Shown: positions 41,682 through 56,230 of the stretch, one piece after another
How positions within the stretch are numbered: position 1 is the first letter of the stretch
How the letters are laid out: every line of letters begins with the position of its first letter
From: Eledone cirrhosa
Lineage: Eukaryota
DNA length: 64,000 nucleotides
Reading direction: 5' to 3'
Assembly (NCBI GenBank): GCA_964016885.1
Contig: OZ024741.1
Coordinates: 274,598,001-274,662,000, forward strand
Notes under the pieces: model-generated
Seen by the model: only the letters and a program-made list of their open reading frames with translations
Database searches by the model: none
What the model was told of the DNA's origin: nothing
Position numbers and translations under genes: made by a program

Positions 41682-42315
41682 CTTGTGTGAGTATATGTAC
41701 ACTAATCACCATTTATTTAATACAACACTAATCACCATTTATTTTGACATTCCTTTTAAATTCACTATACAAGATACATTCAACTATCAGTTTGACAATC
41801 GCCTTCCTTCCTAATAGATTTTTATGCCATTTCTACTATTAACACCCTTCAACCATTCCTTTCAAAGGGTCATGACCTCAACTAAAGTGTATTACTTTTC
41901 ATCTTAACACCATATGAGAAAAATAATTTGATTCGTTAGTTCTTCAACCACATCCAAATAAGGACATGATACTAACATGCTACTAATTCTGAGTAAAATT
42001 ATTATTGCTTTTGAAAACAGCTGGTGGTATGCATGTAAGTAAATACTCTCTCTATCTGATAGTTTGTAAACTTACACAGATCAATAACTGAGTATAGATA
42101 CAATGTATTATCACCATCTAGAAACGATCGTAAAGCAGTGAAGTATATCTCTAATGACTTGATATTTTATTTCATTGTTTTAACTTAGATCATGACTCAG
42201 TTTTCCTTTTAATGTTTTATTGTTTTCTGAGATTTATCTTAACCTACAACATTTTCAACATATGGATTACATCGAGTTCTTCATGCAGAATAGACCCACA
42301 ACTTACAGTGGATAC

Positions 42316-42322
<7 letters not shown>
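40528..42322 (+). mobile_element. Family F17: 470-bp inverted arms with long-helix-II U3-A8 HHRs (40575-40706 minus, 42006-42137 plus)
   Basis: Arms 40528-41003 / 41719-42187, tail 42188-42322; TGCTT-TTGAAAA-~103 nt-GAAA-CGATCG-TA-AAGCA. Confidence 0.8.
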
Positions 42323-42354
<32 letters not shown>

Positions 42355-42362
<8 letters not shown>

Positions 42363-43010
42363 CTGTATTCCTGTCTGTTTGTTTCTTTGTTCACGAACTA
42401 CTATGGTTTTGGAGATAGACCACCATAACCATATATATTCTGAAACTACATTGCCCAGGGTCCTTGGATAAGTATATTTCATTTTAATCAAAGGGTTCCC
42501 CGGGGGCACAAAACCCTCGCTGAAAAGCCCCGCTGAAAACTTTTTCCCTTCGATTTATATGAAATTTAAGCCATAGGTAAATGACAATATATGATGACTA
42601 TTTACAAAATTTCAGTAAATTTCAATAATATTAAGACACTCTAATGGAGGTTAAACCCCCTATTAGGGTTCCCCGGAAGCACAAACCCCCGCTGAAATTT
42701 TCTTTCCCTTCGATTTATATGAAATTTAAACCATAGGTAATGAGATGCCTATTCACAAAAGTTTTGAATTGATATTTTTAAAAAAATTATTTACAAGAAA
42801 CAAAATAAGAATAAGATTTAATAATGTAATTTTCATTTGTTATATTACAAAAAATAATGTTTTCCAATTTTTCATGCATTGCATTTTACATTGAGTAATA
42901 TTGAAATGCAGAGTTTTTCTCCATAAATTATATTACTGATTTAAAATCAATCATCATTTTCTTACAAAAAAAAATGTGTGATATGCAGCAAGGCGCGGAT
43001 AATTTTGGTA

Positions 43011-43011
<1 letters not shown>
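42355..43011 (+). mobile_element. Possible non-autonomous Helitron
   Basis: TATATAAAG..GTCTGTTTGTT start, internal tandem duplication (42491-42580 / 42665-42740), degenerate 3' hairpin and GTAG|T end. Confidence 0.45.
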
Positions 43012-43068
<57 letters not shown>

Positions 43069-43140
43069 TATACACACTGATATATATTAACATGGGTTGA
43101 GTGTGGGCAGAATTGATCATTCTTATACCACTGTGATGCA

Positions 43141-44105
43141 AACCATCTCTAATTTATGCACAAGACCAGTAAATTTAGTTGGAGGTGTGGGGGGGGGGGG
43201 GTTAATTAAATCAACCCAGTACTTCACTGGTACTTTATTTTATCAAAATAAGAAGAATTAAAGTCAGAGTTGATCTTAAGGGGATTTGAAATCAGAATTG
43301 TAAAGTGCCAGAATAAATACCACAATGGCATTATATCGGATGCTCTGCCAATTCTGCTAACCCACGGCCCTTAGTGTGATGCAATTATTCACTGCAATTA
43401 TTCAACTACTTTCATTTATGATTTATAGTAATACAGTGCTTCCATATAAATTCTTACACAGTGTATACCTAGTAATACAGGGCTACCGTAGTTCCATCTT
43501 ATATTAATCCTGACAGATTGGCAGAATCGGTAGGGCGTCGGAAAACATGCTTTGCAGGATATAGTTACATCCCTTTACGTTCTGATTTCAGGGGTCGATA
43601 AAATAAAGTACCAGTAACACAATGGAGTCGATGTAATCGACTTTCCATCCTCCCAAAATTGTTCTCCTTGTGTCTAAATTAGAAACCATTATTATTCCTA
43701 GCAGAATAGTGGATTGGCAGTATCGGTAGAGCGTCGGACGCCATGCTTTGCAGTATAGAGTTATGGCCCTTTACATTGTGAGTTCAAATCCCTCTGAGGT
43801 TAACTTTGCCTTTCATCCTTACGGGATTGATAAAACAAAGTACCAGTAATGCATTGGAATAGTTGCTGACCTTGTGCCAAAAGTAGAAACAATTATTTTT
43901 CCTGGCAGAAGGAGGTGAATTTGATGTCAGACCACTGGGTGCCGGACTAGGTACCACTCCCCGCAATCTACTGCGATTGGGCTAGTACTTTATTCATTAA
44001 CCCCAAAAATGATGAAGGGCGAAGACAAGGCCCGCAGTATTTGATTTTGTAGGGCAGAGAGCCTGAATAAATACTGTAGAATTGAATCCTTCGCTCTACC
44101 GACTC
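43141..44105. mobile_element. Cluster of OR-like SINEs (43141-43364 minus, 43515-43696 plus, 43709-43897 plus, ~43970-44105 minus)
   Basis: SINE core motifs in each copy. Confidence 0.8.
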
Positions 44106-44281
44106 GTCATTTTTTATACTAAATTGCTAAAAATTGCCCTTAGTTCTAAAGTACAAAACTATTTGTTATAAAGTGGTTATGTTTATCTAATCTCATAATT
44201 TTATGTAAGAACTTTTGTTAAGTTATGCTCCAAGTAACAGCTTCATAATGAGAAAATTAATTGTATTATTAGATTCCTTCA

Positions 44282-44499
44282 GGGCGGTGGATTGGCAGTA
44301 TCGGCAGGGCGTCGGAGAACATGCTTTGCAGCATAGAGTTACGGCCCTTTACGTTCTGAGTTCAAATCCCACCACGATTAACTTTGCCTTTTATCCTTAC
44401 GAGATCACTAAAATAAAGCACCAGTAATGCACTGGGGTCGATTTAATCGACTTTCCATTCCCCTCCAAATTGCTGGCATTGTGCCTATAATAGAAATCC
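44282..44499 (+). mobile_element. Full-length OR-like SINE with 16-bp TSD
   Basis: TTATTAGATTCCTTCA at 44266-44281 and 44500-44515. Confidence 0.9.
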
Positions 44500-45169
44500 T
44501 TATTAGATTCCTTCAAATTCTTGATTATTTTTTAAATGATTTCAAGATCCGCGACTGTGTCTTTTATTAGAAATATCGTAACGGAAGGGTTAATGTGTCT
44601 TTATTCATCTAAAAATCTTCCTTCATAATTCTATGTAAGAACCTTTGTTAAGTTACGTTCCAAACATCAACTAAATAATGAGAAAGTTATATTAATAAAT
44701 TCTTCCAATTTCTTGTTAGTTTTAATATTATTTGAAAATCATAGACAGAGTCATTCTTCTTAGCAGTGTACTTTATCAAAGTAGAGGGAAATAGGAAAAT
44801 AAACGGGGTGAGAGCGAAAAAGAAAAAAAGAGAGAGAGAAGGAAGAAAGAAATGAGATGGTGGGAGGTGAACTCTACACCCTTGATTTGGCGGTATATGT
44901 CAGCTGTGCACCGTGGAGGAAATGTTTAAAGGATTGTCACAGAGAACAGCCTGCGATACTCAGTGTATCAGCCAGTCCACCTCATGAGTCCCTTTCTTCA
45001 AATGAGATGACCCACTCAAGATATTATGGTAGAAAAGAACAGTCTCGGGACCGAAAACAGCAGAGCTCTCAATGACAGCCAACACAAAAAAAAAAATGTT
45101 TATTCAAAGCCTGGCTTTTAGTTATCATTTGTTCCTCTGTGTTTCATGTGATGTCTTTCATTAGAAATA

Positions 45170-45661
45170 CTAGCAGAAAAACCACCTTTCAGGTGGTTTT
45201 CTGCTAGCATGTGTAGTGTGTATATTGATATTATACGCAGGTATATATACATGTAGATATGATACATCAAATAAAATCGTAATTGACAATATACACAGAA
45301 ATTGAACGAAGACTGCGTTACACTGTCTTACGTAATCAGTAACGTAATCTATGATACATTAAAAAAAGACGATATTATATATAAACTGCATTAGGAAAAA
45401 ATTAGTGGCGGAAATATATGAATATATATTTAAGCGACCGCTAACCGGAAGTGTTGACATTTGAAAATTTTAAAGAAGTGAATCTTAAAATAAGCAACGA
45501 TATTATTTATATTTAATCAAGAATAACGAAATTTAGGAGATAAATTATGTAATATTCATTCATTATTTATTCAAAGTAATCCAACTTATTTTACAATCGG
45601 GATAAAAAAAAAAGTATATTCTGGATGCAGTCCCGCACTCCTTACTTTATTATAGTTTAGA
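45170..45661 (-). mobile_element. Non-autonomous Helitron
   Basis: Minus strand 5' TC start, 3' hairpin ending CTAG, A|T insertion without TSD; empty paralogous site TTCATTAGAAATA|TGGTAAC at ~46053-46072. Confidence 0.8.
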
Positions 45662-46304
45662 TGGTAACAAAGGGGTTAAGTTTATCTCCTCTAACTATTA
45701 AAAGCCACGCGAACTGAAATGGCTCTTCCAGCGCGTCTCTTTTGCCATCCTTGGGGAAACGCCTTCTCTATTCTGTCCGCCGGGGTTACGGGGTGACCAG
45801 CGTATGGGCCCTCATTTGCTCACAATAGTAAGAGATGGGGGAGAGTGGGAGACACAGAGGCAGTGACAGTGGGAGTTTGGTTCTTTTGTGTTCGGGCCTG
45901 GTGTATATATATATATATGTATATAAGAGATAATGGGTCTAAAAGCTGTTTCTTGTACAGTAAACTTATATTAGTGTACATAACAACTAATTAGGAAGTG
46001 TTTAACCTTTTAAATTACATATATTCGCTCTTTTGTCCTACATGTGACGCTTTTCATTAGAAATATGGTAACCAAGTGGTTCAGTCTATCTCCTCTGACT
46101 ATTAAGAGTTTGTTGACTTCAGTAAATTCAAAACACTACCAAGACAGGAAGTTCAATATATGGTTAAAGGTCTACCAAATATAAACAACATCTTTGAGTA
46201 CATGGAAGCCACGAAAATATTCAACAAGAGAAACTTCTGTTTCACTGCTTCCCTTGTTTCCCCTTTTCTTTTTCGTTTTCTTATGACATAATCTGCCTCC
46301 CATT

Positions 46305-47295
46305 GGGGTGATGATGGCGGCGGTGGTGGTGGTGGTTAGGGTTGATGTTGTGTTGATGATGGTGGCGGTGGTGGTGGTGGTTAGGGTTGATGTTGTGGTG
46401 ATGATGGTGGCGGTGGTGGTGGTGGTTAGGGTTGATGTTGTGGTGATGATGGTGGCGGTGGTGGTGGTGGTTATGGTTGATGTTGTTGTGATGATTGTGG
46501 CGATGGTGGTGGTGGTTATGGTTGATGTTGTGTTGATGATGGCGGTGGTGGTCGTGGTGGTGGTGGTTAGTGTCGATGTTGTGTTGATGATGGCGGTTGT
46601 GGTGGTTAGTGTTGATGTTGTGGTGATGATGGTGGCGGTGGTGGTGGTGGTGGTTAAGGTTGATGTTGTGGTGATGATGGTGGTGGTGGTGGTTGGTGGT
46701 TATGGTTGATGTTGTGGTGATGATGGTGGCGGTGGTGGTTATGGTTGATGTTGTGGTGATGATGGTGGCGGTGGTGGTTAGGGTTGATGTTGTGGTGATG
46801 ATGGTGGCGGTGGTGGTGGTGGTTAGGGTTGATGTGTTGATGATGGTGGCGCTGGTGGTGGTTAGGGTTGATGTTGTGGTGATGATGGTGGTGGTGGTGG
46901 TGGTGGTGGTGGTGGTGGTTAGTGTTGATGTTGTGTTGATGATGGTGGTGGTGGTGGTGTTGGTGGTGGTTATGGTTGATGTTGTAGTGATGATGGTGAT
47001 GGTGGTGGTGGTGGTGGTGGTGGTGGTTAGGGTTGATGTTGTGGTGATGATGGCGGTGGTGGTGGTGGTGGTTAGGGTTGATGTTGTAGTGATGATGGTG
47101 ACGGTGGTGGTGGTGGTGGTGGTGGTGGTTAGTGTTGATGTTGTGTTGATGATGGTGGCGGTGGTGGTGGTGGTGGTTAGGGTTGATGTTGTGTTGATGA
47201 TGGCGGTGGTGGTGGTAGTTAGTGTTGATGTTGTGTTGACGATGGTGGTGGTGGTGGTGGTGGTGGTGGTTAGTGGTGATGTTCTGGTGATGATG
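46305..47295. repeat. ~45-bp (GGT/GAT)-based minisatellite
   Basis: Unit GGTTAGGGTTGATGTTGTGGTGATGAT(GGT)n. Confidence 0.9.
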
Positions 47296-47520
47296 GTTGT
47301 TGTTGTTCTTCTTATTATTATTATTATTGTTGCAATTTTACTTTTGTCATTTTTTTACCTTCTTTTTTTCCAGTTATATTTTTATTACTTGTTTCACTAA
47401 CTTTTTTTGATTGCCAACTCTAAGGAGTACTCAATACTTCCCCAAGTCTGTCATGGCTTACTAGCTCTATAAAGACGTTTAAATTGAATAATTAAATAAA
47501 TAAATAAATAAATAAATGAA

Positions 47521-47551
<31 letters not shown>

Positions 47552-47794
47552 GTTTACTGCAAGGGTGGTGCCCCAGCAAGGCCTCAGCTGGATGGGTGGA
47601 ACAGGTAAAAGAGTGTAGTGAGCTCCTATCTGCTGCTCTCAACCATCAGCCATCAGCCAACAGTGCTGTGGTTATGGAACTATGAAATTGAAGGTCTCTC
47701 TGTAATTGGGCGTTCTTTGACAGAACAGCATGTATCATAGACATTCTTAACACACGGCTATTGTTGTTTTAAAAGATTCTCTAGGAAATATAGT

Positions 47795-48985
47795 TAATGT
47801 TGTTGTTGTTGTAATGGTTGTTGTTGTTGCTGTGATAGTTGTTGTTGTGGTGGTGGTGGTGGTTATTGTTGTAGTAGTTATAGTTATTGTTGTTGTGGTG
47901 GTGGTGGTGGTAGTGGTTATTGTTGTAGTTGTTATAGTTATTGTTGTTGTGGTGGTGGTGGTAGTGGTTATTGTTGTTGTGGTGGTGGTGGTAGTGGTTA
48001 TTGTTGTTGTTGTGGCGGTGGTAGTGGTTATTGTTGTTGTGGTGGTGGTGGTAGTGGTTATTGTTGTTGTTGTGGTGGTGGTAGTGGTTATTGTTGTTGT
48101 GGTGGTGGTGGTAGTGGTTATTGTTGTTGTGGTGGTGGTGGTAGTGGTTATTTTTGTTGTTGTGGCGGTGGTAGTGGTTATTGTTGTTGTGGTGGTGGTG
48201 GTAGTGGTTATTGTTGTTGTGGTGGTGGTGGTAGTGGTTATTGTTGTAGTTGTGGTGGTGGTAGTGGTTATTGTTGTTGTGGTGTTGGTGGTAGTGGTTA
48301 TTGTTGTTGTGGAGGTGGTGGTAGTGGTTATTGTTGTTGTTGTGGTGGTGGTAGTGGTTATTGTTGTTGTTGTGGTGGTGGTAGTGGTTATTGTTGTGGT
48401 GGTGGTGGTAGTGGTTATTGTTGTTGTTGTGGTGGTGGTAGTGGTTATTGTTGTTGTGGTGGTGGTGGTAGTGGTTATTGTTGTTGTGGTGGTGGTGGTG
48501 GTGGTAGTGGTTATTGTTGTTGTGGTGGTGGTGGTAGTGGTTATTGTTGTTGTGGTGGTGGTGGTGGTAGTGGTTATTGTTGTAGTTGTTATAATTATTG
48601 TTGTTGTTGTGGCGGTGGTAGTGGTTATTGTTGTTGTGGTGGTGGTGGTAGTGGTTATTGTTGTTGTGGTGGTGGTGGTAGTGGTTATTGTTGTTGTTGT
48701 GGTGGTGGTAGTGGTTATTGTTGTTGTTGTGGTGGTGGTAGTGGTTATTGTTGTTGTGGTGGTGGTGGTAGTGGTTATTGTTGTTGTGGTGGTGGTGGTA
48801 GTGGTTATTGTTGTTGTGGTGGTGGTGGTGGTAGTGGTTATTGTTGTTGTGGTGGTGGTGTTAGTGGTTATTGTTGTTATTGTTATAGTTATTCTTGTTG
48901 TTGTTGTTGTTATTGTTGTTGCTGGGGTGGTTATTGTTATTGCTGTTATTGTTATTGTTGCTGTTGCTGTTGCTGTTGTTGTTGA

Positions 48986-49082
<97 letters not shown>

Positions 49083-49194
49083 GATACAAACTTTCTTCTT
49101 GTGAAACTAAAGCAAATTAGTTTCATTGAGTCAAAATTTCATATTCAGTTGTAGAGATTTATAAAGAAGAGAGAAAGAAATAGAGAGAGAAATA

Positions 49195-49230
<36 letters not shown>

Positions 49231-49435
49231 GCGAGTGAAAGAAAGAAAGAGAGAAAGAAATAGAGAGAGAAATAAAGAAAGAAAGAAATAGATAAAGAGA
49301 GAAATAAAGAAAGAAATAAAGAAATAGAGAGAGAAATAAATAAATAAAGAAAGAAAGAAAGAAATAGAGTGTGAAAGAAAGAAAGAGAGAAAGAAAGAGA
49401 GAGAGAAATAAATAAAGAAAGAAAGAAAGAAAGAG

Positions 49436-49498
<63 letters not shown>

Positions 49499-49643
49499 AA
49501 TAGAGAGAGAAATAAATAAATAAAGAAAGAAAGAAAGAAAGAAGGAAAGAAAGAAATAGAGAGTGAAAGAAAGAAAGAGAGAAAGAAAGAAAGAAAGAAA
49601 GAAATAGAGAGAGAAATAAAGAAAGAAATAAAGAAAGAAAAAG

Positions 49644-49682
<39 letters not shown>

Positions 49683-50012
49683 AATAGAGAGAGAAATAAA
49701 GAAAGAACTAAGGAATTAGAGAGAGAAATAAAGAAAGAAAGAAAGAAAGAAATAGAGAGAGAAATAAATAAAGAAAGAAAGAAAGAAAGAAAGAAAGAAA
49801 TAGAGAGAGAAATAAAGAAAGAAATAAAGAAATAGCGAGAGAAATAAATAAAGAAATAAAGAAATAAAGAGAGAAATAAATAAATAAATAAATAGATAAA
49901 TAAAGAAAGAAAGAAAGAAAGAAAGAAATAGAGAACGAAAGAAAGAAATAGAGAGAGAAATAAATAAATAGATAAATAGATAAATAAAGGAAGGAAGGAA
50001 GAAATAAATAAA
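47795..50012. repeat. 30-bp minisatellite plus (GTT)n, then (GAAA)n
   Basis: GTAGTGGTTATTGTTGTTGTGGTGGTGGTG units to ~48880; (GAAA/TAAA)n 49167-50012. Confidence 0.92.
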
Positions 50013-50111
50013 TAGGGTAGGGGGAGAAAAAGGAAGAAATGAAAAATATAATTAAATAAAAAAAAAATGGGAAGAGAAACAGGAAAAGATTATATACACC
50101 CTTGGCTGGTA

Positions 50112-50640
50112 GTGTAAGTGGCTGAGCTTTCCACAGACACGTGTAGACTTAGCGTAGATCTCAGGGAGATTCAGCATGACACAGTTTATGACAAAGCTGG
50201 CTCTTTGATTTACAGGTATAGTCCATGTTTTATAGTGTAACTGGCTGAGCATTCCACAGACACGTGTACTCTTAGCGTAATTCTCAGGGAGATTCAGCAT
50301 AATACAGTTTATGACAAAACTGGCCTTATGATTTACAGGTATAGTTCATGTTTTATAGTGTAAGTGGCTGAGCATTCCACTGACACGTGTAGACTTAGCG
50401 TAGATCTCAGGGAGATTCAGCAATACACAGTTTATGACAAAGCTGTATCTTTGATTTCCACAGACACGTATACTCTTAGCGTAGTACTCAGGGAGATTCA
50501 GCATAACACAGTTTATGACAAAGCTGGTGATTCGAATTAGAGAGTCAGTTTATTTTTTATCATAGTGAAAGTGACTGAGCATACCACAGACACGTGTACT
50601 CTTAACGTAATTCTCAGGGAGATTCAGCCTGGCTCTTTGA
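50112..50640. repeat. Tandem amplification of a 123-bp SINE body segment (~5 units)
   Basis: Units start at 50112, 50235 and 50358, with truncated units at ~50458 and 50565; homologous to ~26414-26540. Confidence 0.8.
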
Positions 50641-50759
50641 ATTACAGTCCATTAGGCTTCCAAACAGCTTCCGTCCACCCAATTTCCCTCATATGGCATG
50701 GGTCAACCCGAGGGTATAGTAAATGATATTTACCTAAGACACCGTACAGTTGTTGGATC

Positions 50760-51602
50760 ACACTACACTATTACACACTACATTATTACACACTACACTA
50801 TTACACACTACACTACTACACACTACACTATTACACACTACACTATTACACACTACACACTACACTATTACACACTACACTATTACACTATTACACACTA
50901 CACACTACACACTACACTATTACACACTACACTACTACACACTACACTATTACACACTACACACTACACTATTACACACTACACTACTACACACTACACA
51001 CTACACTATTACACACTACACTACTACACACTACACACTACACTACTACACACTACACTACTACACACTACACTATTACACACTACACTATTACACACTA
51101 CACTACTACACACTACACTATTACACACTTCACACTACACACTACACTATTACACACTACACTATTACACACTACACACTACACACTACACTATTACACA
51201 CTACACACTACACTATTACACACTACACACTACACTATTACACACTACACTACTACACACTACACACTACACTATTACACACTACACAGTACACTATTAC
51301 ACACTACACTACTACACACTACACACTACACTACTACACACTACACTACTACACACTACACTATTACACACTACACTACTACACACTACACTACTACATA
51401 CTACACTATTACACACTTCACACTACACACTACACTATTACACACTACACTATTACACACTACACTACTACACACTACACTATTACACACTACACTATTA
51501 CACACTACACTACTACACACTACACTATTACACACTTCACACTACACACTACACTATTACACACTACGCTACTACACACTACACACTACACTATTACACA
51601 CT
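50760..51602. repeat. (ACACT)n-derived satellite
   Basis: ACACTACACTATTAC units. Confidence 0.95.
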
Positions 51603-51768
51603 AGTAATTGTTATTCTGTTTCACTTGCTTCGTTTGTTGTCTTGTATCTCTCTGTTAATTTCCCTAAGTGTATACATATATAGAATAAGGAAATGCAAAG
51701 TTTAGATGATAAAGTCCTTTATTGATAAGGAGGACGACATTGGTTATGCAATTCAGCGCATATATATA

Positions 51769-51980
51769 TTCTCAGATGTGAGAAAAACCACAGACCCTCC
51801 ATCTCAACTCACCTTTTGAAAAGCAGAAGAACTGCGAAACCGGTAAAGGAACCAAATAAATATATATATTTTTAAAAAAAATAAGACTTCAGTTGCATTT
51901 TCGATTTCATCTCTTTTTCTTTATACTTTCACTCGTGTAGGACACCTCGGTTATTTTTCATTTTGTAAAAAAAACCTCAC

Positions 51981-51987
<7 letters not shown>
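51769..51987 (+). mobile_element. Family F16 single-arm copy with U3-A8 HHR (51812-51849)
   Basis: Near-identical to 38436-38665; 5' mini-hairpin TTCTCA-GATG-TGAGAA. Confidence 0.85.
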
Positions 51988-52067
<80 letters not shown>

Positions 52068-52069
<2 letters not shown>

Positions 52070-52418
52070 TGCTACACAAGAATGCTGAGGATGGTTCTGG
52101 ACATTAATCAGTATACACTGAGGATGAAAAACTCAGAGCTGTCTGGGTGCCTCCTAAAAGTCAGCTCAAAAGTGACACAGAGGAGACTGACGTTAGCTGA
52201 ACATGCTCACCGGCATCCAGAGTTAACATTGCTCTAAGTGCTCCTGTGGGAGCCCCTACATGGACACACTGGAAGTGGATTACCAAGGTTAACGTATGTT
52301 GATGCCCTAAGGACAGACACTGGTATGTTAGAGACGCAGGACATGGCAGCGATAATGAGGGACAGAGACCGCTGGAGAGAACTCGTCCATGGATCTCGGG
52401 AATTTTACCCGCCCTAGA
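52068..52418 (+). mobile_element. RTE/RTEX-like LINE 3' fragment in (TA)n
   Basis: CYTRMLRMVLDI..RRLTLAEHAHRH..LLWEPLHG..PRLTYVDALRTDTG..MRDRDRWR with a frameshift and a stop. Confidence 0.8.
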
Positions 52419-52506
<88 letters not shown>

Positions 52507-52865
52507 AAGGTAAATAGAAATAACAACACAATCGGTACAGTATATGGAAAGTATATATTAGGTTAATGCTTGATATAACAGGAAGAGGGTCTTAAGATAG
52601 ATTGAGGGGACGGGCGGGTTGGAATTAGAAAAAATGTCTTTAGATAAAAATAACAGGTCCATTCATGTTGACATCTCTTATATCCAGAGAGTGTAACGCG
52701 GAGTAACTGTAGGTTCACCCGGGTGAGGACTGGATGTTTAGATTCACGTCGGTATCGAGGTGTAGAGCTAGACAGAGTGTAGTATAATAACATAAAACAA
52801 GGACGATATATATATGTATATTATAAGAACAGACTAAAGTTTAAGCAAAGAATCGCTGCTTTCAC

Positions 52866-53440
<575 letters not shown>

Positions 53441-53441
53441 A

Positions 53442-53493
<52 letters not shown>

Positions 53494-53503
53494 AAATCAT
53501 GTA

Positions 53504-53572
53504 TAGGCTGATGATCTGGGAACAGTCTCACTTAATATCCAAAACGGACAGTAAGTGAAACAGTTGTACCTA
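53504..53572 (+). ncRNA. Hammerhead-like motif
   Basis: TAGG-CTGATGA-irregular helix II-GAAA-CAGTTG-TA-CCTA. Confidence 0.6.
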
Positions 53573-53832
53573 AATGACACAATAGTGAAATAAATATCTA
53601 TTTCCACAAAGTTGAGTTCCTTCTCACCCATCTATTTTTCGCTCCCATCCTACTAACCCGTCCGTCCTTTCAATCTATCTCATTTCTCATTCTTTCTTCT
53701 GATAAAGGACTAGCGTCCGAAACGTTAAGACCCTCTTCGTGCTATTTCAAGAGCATTAACCTAATATATTCCTTCCATATACTGTACCGATTGTGTTGTA
53801 TTGTTATTTCTGTTTACCTTTTACATACATAC

Positions 53833-53925
<93 letters not shown>

Positions 53926-54044
53926 ATACGGACACAACTTTCCAAACGCAATCATACACACACATACCCACACAGAAACGCGCACTCGCATGTCCAAAAT
54001 GCGAACACCTATTTCAACGTAAGCAATCACCACACACACATACA

Positions 54045-54124
<80 letters not shown>

Positions 54125-54220
54125 TACACACACACACACTCATTCGCACCGTTTCCTTTCGCTATACGTCTCTCCGCCACTCCCCTACACACCCTTTGAA
54201 TTCTGTTCCCACACACTTCT

Positions 54221-54254
54221 CACCTGAGGAAGGGCTTATGCCCGAAACGCCGTT
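54221..54254 (+). ncRNA. Minimal hammerhead motif with mutated cleavage triplet (family F15, element ~54140-54335)
   Basis: CTGAGGA-aGGGCttatGCCC-GAAA-CG-CC-GT; downstream sequence matches 40410-40455 (minus). Confidence 0.6.
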
Positions 54255-54644
54255 CCCCACCAACACCCCACTCTCCAGAGCGTGAAATTAATAAACATTC
54301 GTTGTACTGCCTCTCTGTTTTGTTCCTGTTCAAATTTTTCCATTATATATATATATACACACACACACACGGAGAGAGACAAGAAAACTGGAATGTTATG
54401 TGTGAAAGCATTGTAGAGGAAGTGAATGTGTACCAAATCGATAAAATTGACCTAATTGGTGTATCTTGGCAACGGGCCAGCACTCTCCTCACCCAGGTTT
54501 GAAACTGAGTTAGATTGAATGTGACATTCACAGCTAACTTTTTCACCTCTCATATTTACTGCTGACATCTGTGACAACGGAACTCAACCGTACACTCCTG
54601 CGTCTTACTGATTTCTTAAAGATACGCTCGCTGGATCTTTGCTG

Positions 54645-54847
54645 CCATTGCTGTTGTTGCTGGTGTTACTGTTGCTGTTGTTATTGTTGTTGTTGCTGTT
54701 GTTGCTGTTGTTGTTGCTGTTGTTGTTGTTGCTGTTGTTGTTGTTGCTGTTGCTGTTGTTGTTGTTGCTGTTGTTGTTGTTGTTGTTGTTGTTGCTGTTG
54801 TGTTGCTCTAGCTTTGTCAATTGTGATTTGTGGTGAATGGTAAATAG

Positions 54848-54904
<57 letters not shown>

Positions 54905-55008
54905 GCTGCTGCTGCTGTGGCTGCTACTACTATTACTACTACTACTACTACTGTTGCTGCTGCTGCTGCTACTACTTCTACTACTACTGCTACTACTGCT
55001 ACTACTAT

Positions 55009-55046
<38 letters not shown>

Positions 55047-55261
55047 TTACTACTACTGCTACTACTACTACTACTACTACTATTACTGCTATTACTACTA
55101 CTGCTGTTGCTACTACTACTACTAGGAGGAGGGGAGCAGAGCAGCAGCAGCAGTAGTAGTAGTACTAGTAGTAGTAATAGTAGTAGTAGTAGTAGTAGTA
55201 GTAGTACTAGTAGTAGTAGTTGTAGTAGTAGTAGTAGTAGTTGTTGTTGTTGTTGTTGTTT

Positions 55262-55292
<31 letters not shown>

Positions 55293-55445
55293 GATGGTGG
55301 TGGTGGGATGGTGGTGGTGGTGGTGGTGGTGGTGGTGGTGTTGCTGGTAGTTTGGTGTTGGTAGTGGTAGTTTTAGTGGTGGTAGTGGTGGTGGTGGTAG
55401 TGGTAGTGGTGGTGGTGGTAGTGGTAGTGGCTGTGGTGGTTGTTA
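54645..55445. repeat. (GTT/GCT)n, (CTA)n, (TAG)n and (GGT)n tracts
   Basis: Simple trinucleotide repeats. Confidence 0.92.
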
Positions 55446-55519
55446 GTTGTTGTATTTTTTGATGATGGTGGTGGTATTAGTTTGATAAAACAACTGAGAA
55501 TACCAATCGTCGAAACTGA

Positions 55520-55833
55520 CTGGGATCCTTTTAGTATGTAATGGGTAAAAGACCCCCTTCGGTCACGAGTGACCATGGGATTTGCACCTAGAAAGTACTC
55601 CCTGGAGGTACCAGCAGTCGCCCATGTTTACCAGTCTCTCCTCTCACCAAGCCACCGGTGATGTCCAAAGGAAAGGCAAAGACCAATACACCTTGGCACC
55701 AGTGACATCACAACTCATATCTACAGCTGAGTAAATTGGAGCAGCTTGAAATAAAGTGTCTTGCTCAAGGCCACAATGCATCACCCTGAGATCGGACTCA
55801 CGACGTCACGATTCCAAGCCGAAAGAACTAACC
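55520..55833 (-). mobile_element. OK-like tRNA-derived SINE
   Basis: GAAATAAAGTGTCTTGCTCAAGG segment and reverse tRNA-like head; similar head at ~56975-57085. Confidence 0.65.
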
Positions 55834-56074
55834 AGGCATTTAGTATATATATTTACTTATTCATCGCCACACTATGTTGGTACCTAACTATCAATATCTT
55901 TACTATTATGGTGATTTTATGTTTCTCAAAATATCGGTGGGAAAAACGCAGTGTATGAGTGCGTGTGTGAACGTGTGTGAACATGTGTATGTGTGTGTGT
56001 AAGTGAAAATCAGCATGTGTTTTTGTGAAAACGAACGTGTGAGTATGTGTGTGCGTTCATGAAAAAATGCGTGT

Positions 56075-56112
<38 letters not shown>

Positions 56113-56192
56113 AACTGAATTTGTGTGAAAAACAATGTCTGTGAGTGTGTATGTTCAAAACAATTTGCGTGCGTGTGTTGTTATGTGTGTGC

Positions 56193-56230
<38 letters not shown>

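Noticed and set aside
46305-47295. Interstitial telomere (TTAGGG)
   Set aside because: Single hexamers embedded in a GGT/GAT minisatellite, never tandem
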